From the NCBI GenBank assembly GCA_951406725.2, contig OX597832.1:61628001-61692000 (forward strand): a stretch of 64,000 nucleotides of DNA, written 5' to 3'. The position numbers and the translations under genes are program-made. The notes beneath the pieces were generated by a model. The model saw only the letters and a program-made list of their open reading frames with translations, was not told where the DNA came from and made no database searches. The DNA is from Octopus vulgaris (lineage: Eukaryota). Positions 1 through 15,209 of this stretch are shown one piece after another (within the stretch, counting starts at the first letter, position 1; the number at the start of each line of letters is the position of its first letter).

Positions 1-364
1 GTTATTGGGGCAGTTGGTTATGTAACTACCTGTCTCAATACTAATGTCGAACATAAAGTACATGGCTAATTAGGGAATAACAATTACACTCTATTAATGG
101 ATCTGCCAAATATGTAAGGCATTCCTGAAATTTAAACTAGAATAGATACATATAAGATATACAAATAAATGCTTTATGGAGATATACTTTAAGATAATAT
201 TTTCAGATTCATACGTTCGCAGATAGGTATGCATACATGGATACGTATATCTAAGAAGATCAATACCTATGCTCATACGTATATGCATACATTACGTGAA
301 TGGAAATATATACATTTACACAGATCGATACAAATGCCTATATATATATGAATATATATACGTG

Positions 365-424
<60 letters not shown>

Positions 425-483
425 TATATATATGTTTATATATATATGTATATGTATTTATATATAAATACATATATATATAA

Positions 484-558
<75 letters not shown>

Positions 559-881
559 CGTGATTACGAGCATGCAATCACATAGATAGGTGCGTTGAAT
601 TGTTGCATATACATACATTCATACATGAATGCATGCGTACATATATTTATACGGATCGATATGTCAGAAGACACACACTATCATATACATACACACATAC
701 ATACATACATACATACATACATACATACATACATACATACATACATACATACATACATACATACATGCATACATGCGTATATACATACTTACGCACGTAC
801 ATGCAACCATACATACATAAATATATATTCGCATAAACATTGGTGCGTATGCAGCAACCTATACTCAGAACTACATACAAA

Positions 882-912
<31 letters not shown>

Positions 913-926
913 CACACACACACACT

Positions 927-1032
<106 letters not shown>

Positions 1033-1487
1033 TGTATAGAGACACGTGTAATAAAAACTTACATCCGTTCATGCATGGAGACATATCAGTATGCACAGAT
1101 ACGAACGTAGATGCATACATCATACCGTTCGATACGTATGCAGATTGAAACATTCATACAAGTACTCAAACATGTATTCCATGTTAATACGGAAGTCTAT
1201 ATGCAGATACATACAGTCATACATACAGATGAATATATACATATACGTATATATATACATGCACATTTATGTATATATATGTATGTTCATACATATATAT
1301 ATATATGTACATATATATATGTGTGTATATATATATATGTGTGTGTGTGTGTAAATACGTATATATGTGTATATGTATATATATGTGTATGTGTATATGT
1401 ATCTATATATACATATATACATATGTATGCATATATACATATAGATATGTATGTATGTATGTTTGTATGTATGTATGTATGTATATA

Positions 1488-1542
<55 letters not shown>

Positions 1543-1726
1543 ATATATGTATATATAATGGAAAACCATACAAAAATATATAAAATTGTACAACTAGATG
1601 ATGAGTAAAGCACCGGAACAGTTCAGATTGCCTATTGTTATATATATAATATATACACACACAAATATACATATGTACATATATATGATTTTATATGCAT
1701 ATATATATATGTATGTATATAGGTAC

Positions 1727-1794
<68 letters not shown>

Positions 1795-2521
1795 ATGTAT
1801 GTATATTCACACACACACATATTTTCCATATGTCTGCATCGAATCGTTCTTACTTGCATGCACACACGCAATTAGAAATAACTACCTGTGCGCTCTTCAC
1901 AGAAAGGCAAAATGGATAAGAATTTTATTGAGAAATTTGCGAATAAATCTTTACTTACAGCTTTTTTAGGTGATGCAAGAATGGAATTTCGCTATAGAAA
2001 TTCTTCATAATTGATAACTGAATGCTGGAGAACCATTTTCTAAAGGAATATATTCTGTGGCTTGTCTGTGTCATCTGTTGCTCACATTGAGCGTTAGTAG
2101 TACCGAGGTTTTAACGAAATACTATGATGGAAGATGAGATAGATAACGAGAATGACAAAAGGATAATATTCCAGGCATGAAAAGATATCACGTTCAGAGC
2201 TTTCTTTTTACAAACAAGATAATATTTGGGGTGTTTTGCAGAACAGTGAAAGAAAAATCTTTCCACTGGATTTAAATTCGGAAGATACTGATTCCAACAG
2301 AATACGAGCTGTCCAAACACCTCCATGTTAGAAGGAAAACAAATTTGCTAAGGAAGATATTATCAGATTACACCGGTTCGTTTTGTGCATCTGTAGCCAT
2401 ACTTTCGCTCGGTATCAGAACCATTCACAGTTTGTTGTGAACGATGCTCAAGCATAGCTTGTTTTCCCTGCTCTTTCTAGATATGCATTCATTAGCCTAG
2501 TTATGCATACATGGATATATT

Positions 2522-2565
<44 letters not shown>

Positions 2566-2630
2566 CATACATATACAGGAAAATACATACATATACAGGC
2601 TTATGTTCATATGTACAAACACGCATAGAG

Positions 2631-2994
2631 GCTAACGCATGGGCTGTGTTGTAAGAAGCTTGCTTCCCAACCACATGGCTCCGGGTTCAGTGCCACTGTG
2701 TGGCACCTTGGGCAAGTGTCTTCAACTGTAGCCCATGGCCTACCAAAGCCTTGTGACTGGGTTTGTTAGACGGAAACTGAAAGAAGCTCGTCGTATATAT
2801 GTGTGTGTGTGTGTTCATTTGGGTGTCTGTGTTTGTTCCCCCACCAACGTTTATCAACCGATGTTAGTATCTTTATGTCCCCGTCACATAGCGGTTCGTT
2901 AATAGACACCAATAGAATAAGAACGAGGCTTACAAAGAATAAATCATGGAGTCGATTTGTTCGACTAAAGGTGGCGCTCCAGCATAGCCTCAGT

Positions 2995-2998
<4 letters not shown>
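2631..2998 (+). mobile_element. tRNA-derived SINE, family A (diverged copy)
   Basis: Head GGGCTGTGTTGTAAGAAGCTTGCTTCCCAACCACATGGCTCCGGGTTCAGTGCC (A/B-box-like), then CCTTGGGCAAGTGTCTT, an internal microsatellite and the tail GGTGGCGCTCCAGCATAGCCTCAGTCAAAT. Matches the reverse complement of 8126-8535. Confidence 0.85.
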
Positions 2999-3036
<38 letters not shown>

Positions 3037-3214
3037 ATTATGTATGTATTTATGTATGTATACACACATGGACATTTAAGCATCGCATATACATTATATA
3101 TATGCACAGACACACACACACACACACATGTACACCCTCACACGCATGTATATATATATACGCATATATATTTATATATAAATATACAACACGCACACAC
3201 ATATATATTATGTT

Positions 3215-3265
<51 letters not shown>

Positions 3266-4638
3266 CATGTGTGTGTGTGTGTTTATGTGAGAGTATATAC
3301 ATGCATATATATATATATGTATATATAGAGACACATACCCACTTAAATGGAGGGTCTTTTTGCTTGTGATCGACTACCATCTCCGCTTGATTACTATTTT
3401 TGTTCTTTTTAACAACCCAGTCGCCTGCCAGCTCGGCAAAAGGAACCGATAGAATGAATATCAAACACAAAATACAAGAACTGGGCTGAAATATTCGACT
3501 AAAACCGCAAAGGTGCTACCGCAACATGGCTGCAATCCAATGACCGTAACAAGTCAAATGTAAAGACTATCGAGGTGTACTCACCTCGTGAAGAAATTGT
3601 GCAAAGTTGTAGAATTTAGTTGGGCTGAGGATGATAAAATAATACTTAAAATTAGTGAAAAAGCAAAGATTTGTGTTGAGTAAATGAAACAGCAGTTATT
3701 ATTCCCCCTTTAGGCTTAGATATCTAAACTAAATTCTTACAGACATTTTTCTCTCCATAAGAAATGTCTAACTTCGTAAACTGACGATTTTAACTTAATT
3801 TATTTGTCTTCATTTGTGCCGAACTGACCATTTCAAATAAGGACGAAATGGTGCTATATATATATTATTTATTATCAATGACAAAAACCTGTAACAAATT
3901 TATAATGTGAAAAAGCATATTAAATATGTGTTATTTGTACACGTACTTTACTATTTGATGTAAATTCCAAACGTTCATAACTGCAGCAACTTCACTAAAC
4001 TTAATTTAGAAGAGATTTTCTCTCCTATACAGAGACACATCAGGCATTTAGATATATAATTATTTCGAAACCGGGACCTATAAAAGTCATTGTATTTAAC
4101 TAAGTATGTAGACGTGGAAATTATACAATTGAAAGATGGCTTTTACGTAAAGAACGATATAGAAACACGAAACGAAGATGAAAATGAAATGCTTAGAACA
4201 CGACACAAGGTTGTTGACCCTGAATCGAAAATAAAATTCCACAAGGATCAACAACCTTGTATGCTTCAAGCATCTGTTTCCTGAATCTATTCATTGTCAG
4301 GAACACTTTCAAAAACAAAAACCAATAACGGCACCAAACATATGATTTTCCAGTTAAGAAATAGTTTTAGAACCATCATCGTCACCATGTGTAGAGTTAG
4401 GAAGATTACCTGTGAGTAAGATTACCTGTGGGTAAGGGGGAGAATATAACATCAACTGGAACGTGAAATTCAGTACAAGAGGAAGGTATTATAAACACAG
4501 AAAATATCAGTATTTTTACAGAAAAGTTTTGACATTAGTACCTCTGTGTGTGTTTATGTAAATATGTGTGCGTATGTTTGTAAATGCGCGCGCACACACA
4601 CACACCTACATATGTATACATCATACATATATACATCA

Positions 4639-4719
<81 letters not shown>

Positions 4720-4767
4720 GTCTATCTGACTGTCTGTCTGACTGTCTGTCTGTCTGTCTATCTACAG

Positions 4768-4816
<49 letters not shown>

Positions 4817-5190
4817 TGTGTGTATGTGTGTGCGCATATGTACATACACACATACACATGTAATTATTTCTGCATATGTGTATGTATATATATATATATG
4901 TGTGTGTATGTGTGTTTGTGTGTGTGTGTATGTGTGTGTGTGTGTGTACACATTGTGTACACATTGAAGAACGCAAACACTGATGTATGTATGTTGCAAT
5001 AGTTTGGCACAGGTCGGAAGTTGGAGTAGTCTCCATTTGATAGACATGTTTACATTTGTCGATTCGGTATCTTGCTGATGATGGTGTTTATATTGTTGTA
5101 ACCTACTTATTTTCCTACAGCCTTCTCTAGGTGCGTATGTTTGTGTGTGTGTGTGTCATGGATATAGGAAGGCATTGATGTATATCTGTG

Positions 5191-5288
<98 letters not shown>

Positions 5289-5488
5289 CATACATATGTA
5301 TATATACATATGTATATATACACACACACACACACACACAAATATATATATATATATACATATGCGTGTATGCTTGTATATTTTGTATACTTAACCCAAA
5401 CAGTTTCATGTGTTTATTTGCATCAGTATATGTATGTATATATATATATATATGTATGTGTATATATATACATATATATATGTAAATG

Positions 5489-5523
<35 letters not shown>

Positions 5524-5834
5524 TTTTACTTTGTTATTTTTACTATCTTAAAATTTTTATTTTTACATTTTTATTACTTACCCACCCTACACCCCCATAC
5601 AAAAAATTAACCCGCCGATTACTATTTTAATTTTAGTCATTTACTCAAATTCCTACAGTGACACATAAGCAAAATGATATGATTTAAACATATTCAGCCT
5701 TTTCTTCTTCCTCTCTAGGTTCTTCTTTTCTTTTCTTTCATGTACTTTCCTTCACTTTGATGAGGATCCATTTTCCAGATCGCTTTTATTATCAAATATA
5801 ATGAATATTATTTTTTAGCATATCAATGACTATA

Positions 5835-5997
5835 CAAAATGTTTAGCGGCATTTATTCCGTCAGATACATTTGAGGTTGACTTTGCCTTTCGAGCTTTGG
5901 GAACGATAAAATAAAGTACCAGTGAGCATTGGAATCGATATTATTGACTTACCCCACTTCCTCCAAATGTGCTGGCCTTGTGACAAATTTTGAAACT
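5835..5997 (+). mobile_element. SINE family C fragment (Nin-domain-like central region)
   Basis: GAGGTTGACTTTGCCTTTC...GATAAAATAAAGTACCAG...GCTGGCCTTGTGACAAATTTTGAAAC, shared with 25562-25765, 12470-12668 and 17190-17396. Confidence 0.7.
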
Positions 5998-6643
5998 AAT
6001 ATTACAACTGGTCGTTTTCTATGGTTATAATCCATGATTGAAAAATTATGAGGAGCTAAATTCAACAATTAAGTTTAGATCAAATTGGGTGAACAGCCAT
6101 TTTATTTTTATTAAAAACAAAATGGCAGTCATCAAAATTTTATGGCTGCGTGGAAAACACGCTAGCTTTGCAACTGTTATGTCCAGGGTTCAACTTCACC
6201 GCTAGTTGGAGCTTTGGGGCATTGTTTTCTACTACAACCTTAGACCGACCAATGCATTGTTAATGAATATGGTAGACCGCAACTGTGTGGAAGCGCGTCA
6301 TGTATATATATCTATATATATATATTGTGTGTGTTTGTGTGTGTGTGTACATTTATAGTTTAATGTTTGTTTTTATGTTCAGTTAAGATAAAAATAGTTT
6401 CACATGAAACTGAAGGATTACTCCATACATCTGGTAGAGTACAAATATAGTACAAAAATAGTAATGACAGTGACTTCGAAGTTTGTGCCAGCTAAACCAT
6501 CCTCAGTGTGTAGGTGCGACGATAGCTAAGCTGGGCTGAACTTCGAGGATTCTGTGAATACCTTCCTTGGTAAGGAATAAAGCATTGTGTAGAGTAAATT
6601 GTATAATAGATCGTGGATAAGGCTAAAATAAAGCGAAGTAAAT

Positions 6644-6714
<71 letters not shown>

Positions 6715-7340
6715 GATACAGATTCATACACTCACACATGAGTATGAGTCTGTGTCTGTGTGTATGTGTGTGTGTGTGTGTGTTGTGTGTGTGTGTGTGT
6801 GTGTTTGTGTTTCTTTTGAGCCGTGCCACTGCTTGGCAACTGGGCTCGATTTATCGATTTGTTGGACTAAACCTCTGTGCCGCAGGAGGATCGCATTCCA
6901 ATGACTGAAACAAGTGAAAGATAAAAACATACCTGTTAAGCTACACAACACAGATCGCTTCCATACACGGTGAGTGTGCCACGGTTGACAATGCGGAGGG
7001 AACTCAGCCGTATACCTACCCATTCCAAAGAAATCTCCTTTGTGTTTTCGGAAGAAATATATTGGAAACTTTTTCCTGAATAACTTTGATGGTTGTTGGA
7101 AATTTGAGAACCGCATTTCAGCACCTTTTTAACAAGAACTGAAGTCTGAAATGTAAAAACAAATCTACTGAGAAAATAATAGAATTTCAAATGATGCAAG
7201 TATATGGGATCTTATCGTAACTGGCGGGGGGGGGGGGATCTCCATAGTTTAACGTTGAAGATGTTGGTTGTTCAGTCGACCAAATTATATGCTCTTGAAG
7301 AAGTGTGAAGGAATATTCTGCTCATATTCTTTTGTTCTTT

Positions 7341-7511
7341 TATTTGGTTCACTCATTTGACAGCAGCCATGATGGAGCACCGCCTTTACTCGAACAAATC
7401 GACCAACAGGAATTATTCTTTGTAAGCTTAGTACTTATTCTATCGGTCTCTTTTGCGTGGACGTAAACACGTAAACACACCAGCATCGGTTGTCAAGCGA
7501 TGGTGGTGGGA

Positions 7512-7585
<74 letters not shown>

Positions 7586-7744
7586 ACTTCTTTCAGTTTC
7601 CGGCAACCAAATCTACTGAGAAGGCTTTGGTCGACCCGAGGCTACAGTAGAAGACACTTGTCCCAAGGTGCCAGGTAGTGGGACTGAAACCGGAACCATG
7701 CGGTTGGTAAGCAAACTACTTACCTCACAGCCACTCTTGCGCCT
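7341..7744 (-). mobile_element. tRNA-derived SINE, family A
   Basis: Collinear with 8126-8535, including the internal (CA)n(TA)n tract and the head ending CAGCCACTCTTGCGCC. Confidence 0.9.
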
Positions 7745-8125
7745 ATGTTTACCCTTGATGTAGATCTCATTTGCAATCAGCACAGAACAGCCCGTGTCGA
7801 GACTGTACGTTTTGGATTACGGTTTCAATGTGTTGAACAGGCTTCAGTACAATTTTTGTCTGCCAAGTTTCATTCACAAATTAAAGCTACAGAAAATGAC
7901 AGTTGCCCACCTTCCACGTGGTGGGATCGAAAGTGGTGCCACCTGATGGCGAAGCCAATTCTTAACCATTCAGCCACACTGCACTTGTTTTTGTGCGAGA
8001 AACTCATATGAAGAAACTAATTCCAGACATAGTTGAATAGTTGGCAACACTAATGCAAAATGTGGGATTTTATTTTCCGTCATTAAACATAACAATATGT
8101 TCAGGTTCGAAAACAATTCACATAA

Positions 8126-8535
8126 TTTACTCTTTACTCTTTACTCTTTTACTTGTTTTAGTCATTTGACTGCGGCCATGCTGGAGCACCGCCTTTAATC
8201 GAGCAACTCGACCCCGGGACTTATTCTTTGTAAGCCCAGTACTTATTCTATCGGTCTCTTTTTGCCGAACCGCTAAGTGACGGGGACATAAACACACCAG
8301 CATCGGTTGTCAAGCAATGCTAGGGGGTCAAACACAAACATACACGCACACACACATATATATACATATATACGACGGGCTTCTTTCAGTTTCCGTCTAC
8401 CAAATCCACTCACAAGGCTTTGGTCGGCCCGAGGCTATAGTAGAAGACACTTGCCCAAGGTGCCGCGCAGTGGGACTGAACCCGGAACCATGTGGTTGGT
8501 AAACAAGCTACTTACCACACAGCCACTCCTGCGCC
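8126..8535 (-). mobile_element. tRNA-derived SINE, family A, full-length well-preserved copy
   Basis: Minus strand starts GGCGCAGGAGTGGCTGTGTGGTAAG (A box) ... GGTTCAGTCCC (B box), then CCTTGGGCAAGTGTCTT, an internal microsatellite and a (GTAAAGA)n-type 3' tail. More than 10 related copies or fragments lie in the window. Confidence 0.92.
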
Positions 8536-9619
8536 TATATTACAATTATTTTTTCTTTGAAATTGTCTGAAGAATAAGAGTTGGCTCTCGTATCCATTGA
8601 TCTTGGGCTGGAAATCAAATATAGCAATCGGCCTCTTGAGATGTTTTGGCTTTCCGTCAGACAAAAATATTCTTCAGAACTTGAGAAAAAAGTATATTTC
8701 TTCTATATTTTGATTCAATTTTCAACACTATATTTTGTTGGGTTTAGAATTTTCTTCCATGACCAATTTTAAATACAAAGCATAAAATAAAATCGAAGGA
8801 ACAATTCTATGTATTTTTAAAGGAATGCGAGGCTGTTCATCTTTTATTGTAAATATATCCCAAAGTTGTAAAAAAAAAAATAAGAAAGAACTAAAGAAAA
8901 TGAGATAAACGTTTCAACAAGCTTTTAAAATAAAACGATGCGAGTAATAACACATTTTCTAAACTTCCAACTATAAAACAGATTTTTATAAAAAGTGAGG
9001 TGAGCCTGTCATATTGTATTTGGTTTTCAGTGTCACAGTGACAGAAAAAAAAAAAAAATATTCACAACAGTAGGCCTAGTGTTTCATGTCAATGCATCTT
9101 TACGAACGTTGGTTACGGTATTCTCACAAAATTCCATGCAACGGAGACGCTGCCGCTTCGTGGTTAATAAAATGATATATAAACTTTGGTGTATATTCTC
9201 AGTTCTATAGTTCTTGTTTGTAAAGCCATGCTTATACACACACATACAAATACATCAGGAAAAATCGGTGTGAAAAAACAAAATAGAAAAACATATGAAG
9301 AAATAAAATATAGGAGTGGGTAATTGTCTACAGTTAAGAATAAAGAAAAGGAGGACAGGAAGTGGGGGAAAGGATTTTAGTTAGATTGATGCTACTAGGG
9401 GAAGGTCATTGTGAATGTAAATTTTTCTGGCTTCACTCATTTTAAGCCCAAATATGAGCGAGTTAACTAGGGATCCCTTGACAATAACGTAAATTTCATT
9501 TATCTAAGGTATATTCGGCCTGGTGAGTAGGTAGTGGAGTACTTTTCGTTGCGTAATTACTACTTCCGATACTCTGCTCATACTTCGTTAGGAGACGTAT
9601 GAGGGTTCGGCAATTTCTT

Positions 9620-9870
9620 GCCGAACAACCGCTCAGATGATTTGCTGATAGTGATTAAATGTGCACATAAACTCGATAACTTCCATTAAATCGACATTAC
9701 CTGTACAGGTGCAACTGGGTGCCACATATCAGTTGTCGAAATGATCGCAGAGCAACGGGGAAATGAAGTGCTTTGCTCAAGAACACAACGCAACGCCGCT
9801 CTGGGAATCGAACCTACGATCTCGCAATCGTGAATGCAACACCCTAACCACTAACCCATGCTCCTTCACA
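9620..9870 (-). mobile_element. tRNA-derived SINE, family D
   Basis: Minus-strand head with TGGGTTAGTGGTTAGGG and GGTTCGATTCCC, and body TTGAGCAAAGCACTTCATTTC. Related copies at ~15640-15905, ~23520-23770 and ~44030-44270. Confidence 0.75.
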
Positions 9871-9878
9871 CACACACA

Positions 9879-9917
<39 letters not shown>

Positions 9918-9940
9918 ATATATATATATATATATATATA

Positions 9941-10331
9941 CTCTTTTACTTGTTTTGGTCATTTGATTGCGGTCATGCTGGAGTACCGCCTTTAGTCAAG
10001 CAAATCTACCCCAAGACTTACTTTTTGTAAGCCTAGTACTTATTCTATCGGTCACTTTTGCCGAACCGCTAGGTTACGGGGACGTAAACACACCAGCATC
10101 GGTTGTCAAGCGATGGTGGGGGGACAAACATAGACACAAAAACACACATACACACACACACACACATATTCCTATATATACATATATACGACGGGCTTCT
10201 TTTCAGTTTCTGTCTACCAAATACCCGAGGCTATAGTAGAAGACACTTGACCAAGGTGACACGCAGTGGAACTGAACTCGGAACCATGTGGTTGGGAAGC
10301 AAGCTACTTACTACACAGCCACTCCTGCGCC
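9941..10331 (-). mobile_element. tRNA-derived SINE, family A
   Basis: Collinear with 8126-8535, with a small internal deletion. Confidence 0.9.
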
Positions 10332-10624
10332 TATATAAAATTTCGTTTTGAATTTGGTTTTCAAGATTCTTGTGAATTTCTCTATTGTTTCAAATTTTTA
10401 GGTCTTGGGAACGTCATTACGCCAGTTATAATCAAACATGTAATCAGTCCGTTGTTTGTTAACCAAAAGCCTTTCGTCGCCTTTGCGACCTTTTCAGTGA
10501 CACGGGGTCTCCAACTCTCGCTCCAAAGTCTGCATGTATGTATCTCTGTGGATGTGTGCCTGCGTAGGAGAGAAGATAAGTGTGAGAAAGTAAACAAAGA
10601 GTTTCTGTGCGTGAGTGTACGTGT

Positions 10625-10684
<60 letters not shown>

Positions 10685-11409
10685 TGCGTGTGTGTGTGTG
10701 TATGTGTTGATGAGCGTGTAGATCTATGTAACTACTTGTATGTGTGTTGTCGAAATGAGAGTGTGTTCAAGCATGTGCGTGTGTGTATATGTTTGTGCGT
10801 ATGCTAAGGCATTTTGGGGGAATAAGTAAGCATCCGTGTGTATGCTTGCGTGTGTGCATTCTTATGTGTATGTCTGTGTGGCTGCATGCGGGGGTTGTGT
10901 GTGCATGTCCCTGTGCATGTTTGTGTTTGAGTGCGCGTGTCTGTGTGTGTGATTTTACGTGTGTGAGAGCATGGTATATGTACGAGGATGTGTTTGTAGT
11001 TGCGTGCTCTCGTGAGCTCCATGTATGTTTTTATGTGCACGTGAGTGTGCCTGTGTGCATGTTTCCGTCTGTGTTTGCGCATAGATGTGTATGGCTGTGT
11101 ATGGTTGTGTATGGCATAACTGTTCATAGTTATATATGTTTATTTTTATGGATTCCTTTGCATCCTTCTGTCATTTCCCCTATCTTTTCTATAATTTCCT
11201 ATGCCTGCATGTGTGCACATATGAGTGTGTACGTGCGTACATATGTATGGATGTGAATTGGAATTGCGCATACTTCCATATGTATGCATTTGTATGGGAT
11301 AGCATTCTGTTGTCATTCGACCTACACCCTTTATATACCTGCCTATACCACCATATTATGCCCACATACCTACACAGACGCCCCCATATATGCATATTGC
11401 GTGGGTGGT

Positions 11410-11945
11410 AACAGTGGCGTTGAAGTTCTATCTACTACTCAGTATTGGTAATGTCTCATTTATGAGAACAGACTCACCTAGTTGTCTAAGCGACTGGTCC
11501 TCTCTTAGTTTTTTAGACCAATTATCAATGTTAATTTAGTACATGACGCTATGTTGATCTCTAGCATAATGATAGAGAATATACAGCTGTTTGCTGTCAC
11601 TATACTCCCTCCAGTGTCCATTTACTCTCCCTGCTAAACTTCTAGAAGTCTCCCCAATGCACAATGTATTTCAATCCTTACAATCATCCTCCATGCATTT
11701 TCTCCTGTTCATGGTCCTCCTAGTTACACATGGGTTAAAGATGCATATCACACATGTTCTATCAAAACATGTAGTCTTGCTGCAGAGGTATTTTTTAACA
11801 GGACTGTGATCTGATGGACCGACCCTGTTTCTCAATGATATTAATGTCGCGTTTGGTGTCCTTCAGAACCTTCCTAAGCTGACGAGCTAACTTCCCGTGC
11901 AGTGTGGCCTCTTCAAACATCACTCCTTGATATTTATCAGTCTTG
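11410..11945 (-). pseudogene. Decayed Penelope-like element: RT-endonuclease linker and GIY-YIG endonuclease remnant
   Basis: Manual minus-strand translation gives DKYQGVMFEEATLHGKLARQLRKVLKDTKRDINIIEKQGRSIRSQ, then CMEDDCKD*NTLCIGETSRSLAGRVNGHWREY...YHYARDQH and LRQLGESVLINETLPILSSR. This fits the PLE 'MFVxxT...EKxG' linker and the GIY-YIG '(Y)IGETxR...R...H' and 'RQxxExxxI' motifs, with stops and frameshifts. Not in the ORF track. Confidence 0.7.
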
Positions 11946-12469
11946 TAGCATGCGTTTCCTCTGCCTTATCATAAATCCAAGACTTTCCCCGGAATCTATG
12001 GCTGGTTCCACTGTCATCTTCATTTGTGATAAATTCTAATTTCTTTGTAGCACCCCGCCCCCTGCCTCTACAATCTGACCATGTCTCCCTCCTCGTAGCC
12101 ACAGAATTGCATGCGGCGCATAAAGTCCCATGCACGTTCCTTTATTTCACAGGGTTCGCATAGGCGGGAAACATTGTTGTTGCTATAATTTAAAGAAGTC
12201 ATGGATGGCTAATAAACACACACTCACACACAAACATTAATACCATTGGTCACGCAGGTGTACACAAAAAATCACACGAGCACGCACGTACACACACACA
12301 AACACTTCATTTACTTTCTCACTCTTACCTTCTCTTCTAAGTATGCACACATCTACATTCACACATATACGCAAGCATACACACAGCGATATGACCAATT
12401 CTCAGAGACAGAGACGACCTTGCACATTTTGCTGACCTTTCTACTAAAGACACCAGATCTGGAATTTTG

Positions 12470-12668
12470 GTGGAGGAATTAAGCCGATTACATCGACTAC
12501 AGTATTTCACTGATACTTAATTTATCGACCCCGAAAGGCAAATCAATGAAAGGCAAAGTCAATGAAAGGCAAAGTCGACATCGGTGGAATTTGAACCCAG
12601 AACGAAGCGGCAGGCGAAATACAACTAAGCATCTCCTCCGGCGTGCTAACGATTCTACCGGTTCGATG
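12470..12668 (-). mobile_element. SINE family C (Nin-domain-like)
   Basis: TTTATCGACCCCGAAAGG...GAAAGGCAAAGTCGACATCGGTGGAATTTGAAC...CCGGCGTGCTAACGATTCT, with a local triplication of GAAAGGCAAA(G)TC. Confidence 0.75.
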
Positions 12669-12909
12669 CTTTAACCAGTTCGCTAATAATAATGAAGTGG
12701 AATTGAATCTGTGCCTATGTTATTATTGGTGTAACGAGGCTCCCGAGACATAACAAAATATATGTGTATGTTTGAGTATCTGTATATACTCATAACCAAG
12801 ACATAAATATCACACATACACACACACGTGCATACAGCATAGATGCATACATGCATGTATCTGTATATATGAGTGTGTATGTATGTATGTATATATATAT
12901 ATATACGTG

Positions 12910-13031
<122 letters not shown>

Positions 13032-13800
13032 GTATATATCTGTATGTATAAAGATAATCTCACACACATTTATGTATATATATATTTGCATATATACATA
13101 TGTATTTATGTATGTATACAGATATATATACAGAGAGACCGACAGGGTAATGTTTAACCCGATATATAGATATATGTATATAATTGTGTAACGAGATATA
13201 TTCACATAGATATATATTTGCATATACATGTATTTGTATACATACATTTACGTATATTTTTACAAACACACACACACACACACACCTATATATATGTATG
13301 TATATACGCACGTGCAATGCAATTGTTCCTGGAAGGTATAATATATCATGTGTGCACCAGGCTACCTTACTGGTGCCTCGTTCGACACAGGTTTATTACT
13401 GTCAAGAACTGCGGGTATTCGTCATTTCAGGTGAAAAAGACATTTATTTCATGCTGTTTGACACGGAACTACTTTAGTCAATATCTCTGTACACCTAGGT
13501 GAACTTGGCATAATAGTCATTGAATCTTACAAAGTGAAACACTGCACCTAGCACCTTAACATGTGTACTTGTATATTCCACATAAAAAATTCATGAATAC
13601 CTCACCATATATATTTGTATATGCAAGCACAAAAGCGCTCGCATATATATATATACGCGTTATGTACATACACATATATAAGCGTGTTAACACTTATAAG
13701 CGTGTACACATAAGTATATTCATTTACACAAGCATTAATTTATACGCACACATACGTGCGCGCGCACACACACACGCATACACACAATTATATGTATGCA

Positions 13801-13959
13801 GGCACAGGGCGGCTGTGGTAAGAAGCTTGCTTCCCAACCACATGGTTGCAGGTTCAGTCACACTGCGTGGCACCTTGCGTCATTGTCTTCTTCTAAAGCC
13901 TTGGGCTGACCAAAGACTTGTAAGTTGACTTGGCAGACGGAAACAGAAAGGTCTTCGTT

Positions 13960-14032
<73 letters not shown>

Positions 14033-14206
14033 GTTTTTGTGTATGTATGTGTGTATTATGAGTTTGTGTTTGACTCCCACCCTTGCCATCACTTGACAAC
14101 CGATGCTGGTGTGTTTGTGTCCCCGTAACCTAGCAGTTAAGCAAAAGAGACCGATAGAATAAGTACTAGGCTTACAAAGAATAAGTCCTGGGGTCGATTT
14201 GTTCAA
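13801..14206 (+). mobile_element. tRNA-derived SINE, family A
   Basis: Head GGCACAGGGCGGCTGTGGTAAGAAGC...GGTTCAGTCAC, internal microsatellites, and body AAAAGAGACCGATAGAATAAGTACTAGGCTTACAAAGAATAAGTCC. Confidence 0.9.
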
Positions 14207-14603
14207 GTAAAAAAAAAACTTTCAAGTAAAAGGAATAAACAGAAAATTCATAACTTATTATTCTTGTGTGTGTGTGTGTGCATGTGTGTGCGCTTGTGTC
14301 TGTGCGTTTGTGTGTGCGTTCGTGCGTGTTTGCGTGTGTGTGTGTGTGAGTTTGGGTGTGTGTGTGTATATGTATGCGTGCGTGTATGATGTGCGTGCGT
14401 GTGTGCGGGAAGAATTACGTAAGACTTTTGGTAGGATATATATTTTCTTAACATTTACAAGTGAAGGTTGATGGTGGCTTCAAAGTTTCGACTTGGTCGA
14501 CTTCGTCAGACACTGTGACGAAGTTTAGGAAGCCGAAAGTTCGAAGTGACACAGACAACCTGCTTGAAAAATTTGGATATATACATACATTCACACACAC
14601 ACA

Positions 14604-14634
<31 letters not shown>

Positions 14635-14690
14635 GCGCACACATACATAGACACGCATACACACACACACACGCTCACGGATATGTATTC

Positions 14691-14748
<58 letters not shown>

Positions 14749-14809
14749 ATATATTTATATCTATTTGTGTATATATATGTCTATATATGTATATATATAT
14801 TTATATATA

Positions 14810-15002
14810 GGGAGAATTCACAAAAAAACAAAACAAAAGACGAAGACAGGTGATGTAGACAGCAAACAGATGTATTAGTATAACTCTGAGGAAGTGAAAA
14901 AGTCTTTAACGTTTCGAACCTACGCTTTTCCATAGAAAGGAACACAGAAAGAAAGAAGGAGAGAAAATAAAGAATGTGTAGTGGCTAGCGAGCTATCATA
15001 GC
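14810..15002 (-). mobile_element. ~200-bp non-coding element with degenerate hammerhead-like motif, in (TA)n
   Basis: Homologous to 24455-24662 and 31955-32130. Minus strand reads CTTTCTATGGAAAAGCGTAGGTTCGAAACGTTAAAGAC. Confidence 0.7.
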
Positions 15003-15003
15003 A

Positions 15004-15164
<161 letters not shown>

Positions 15165-15209
15165 TGTATGTATGTATGTATGTATATTTATATATTTGTT
15201 TATTTATCA

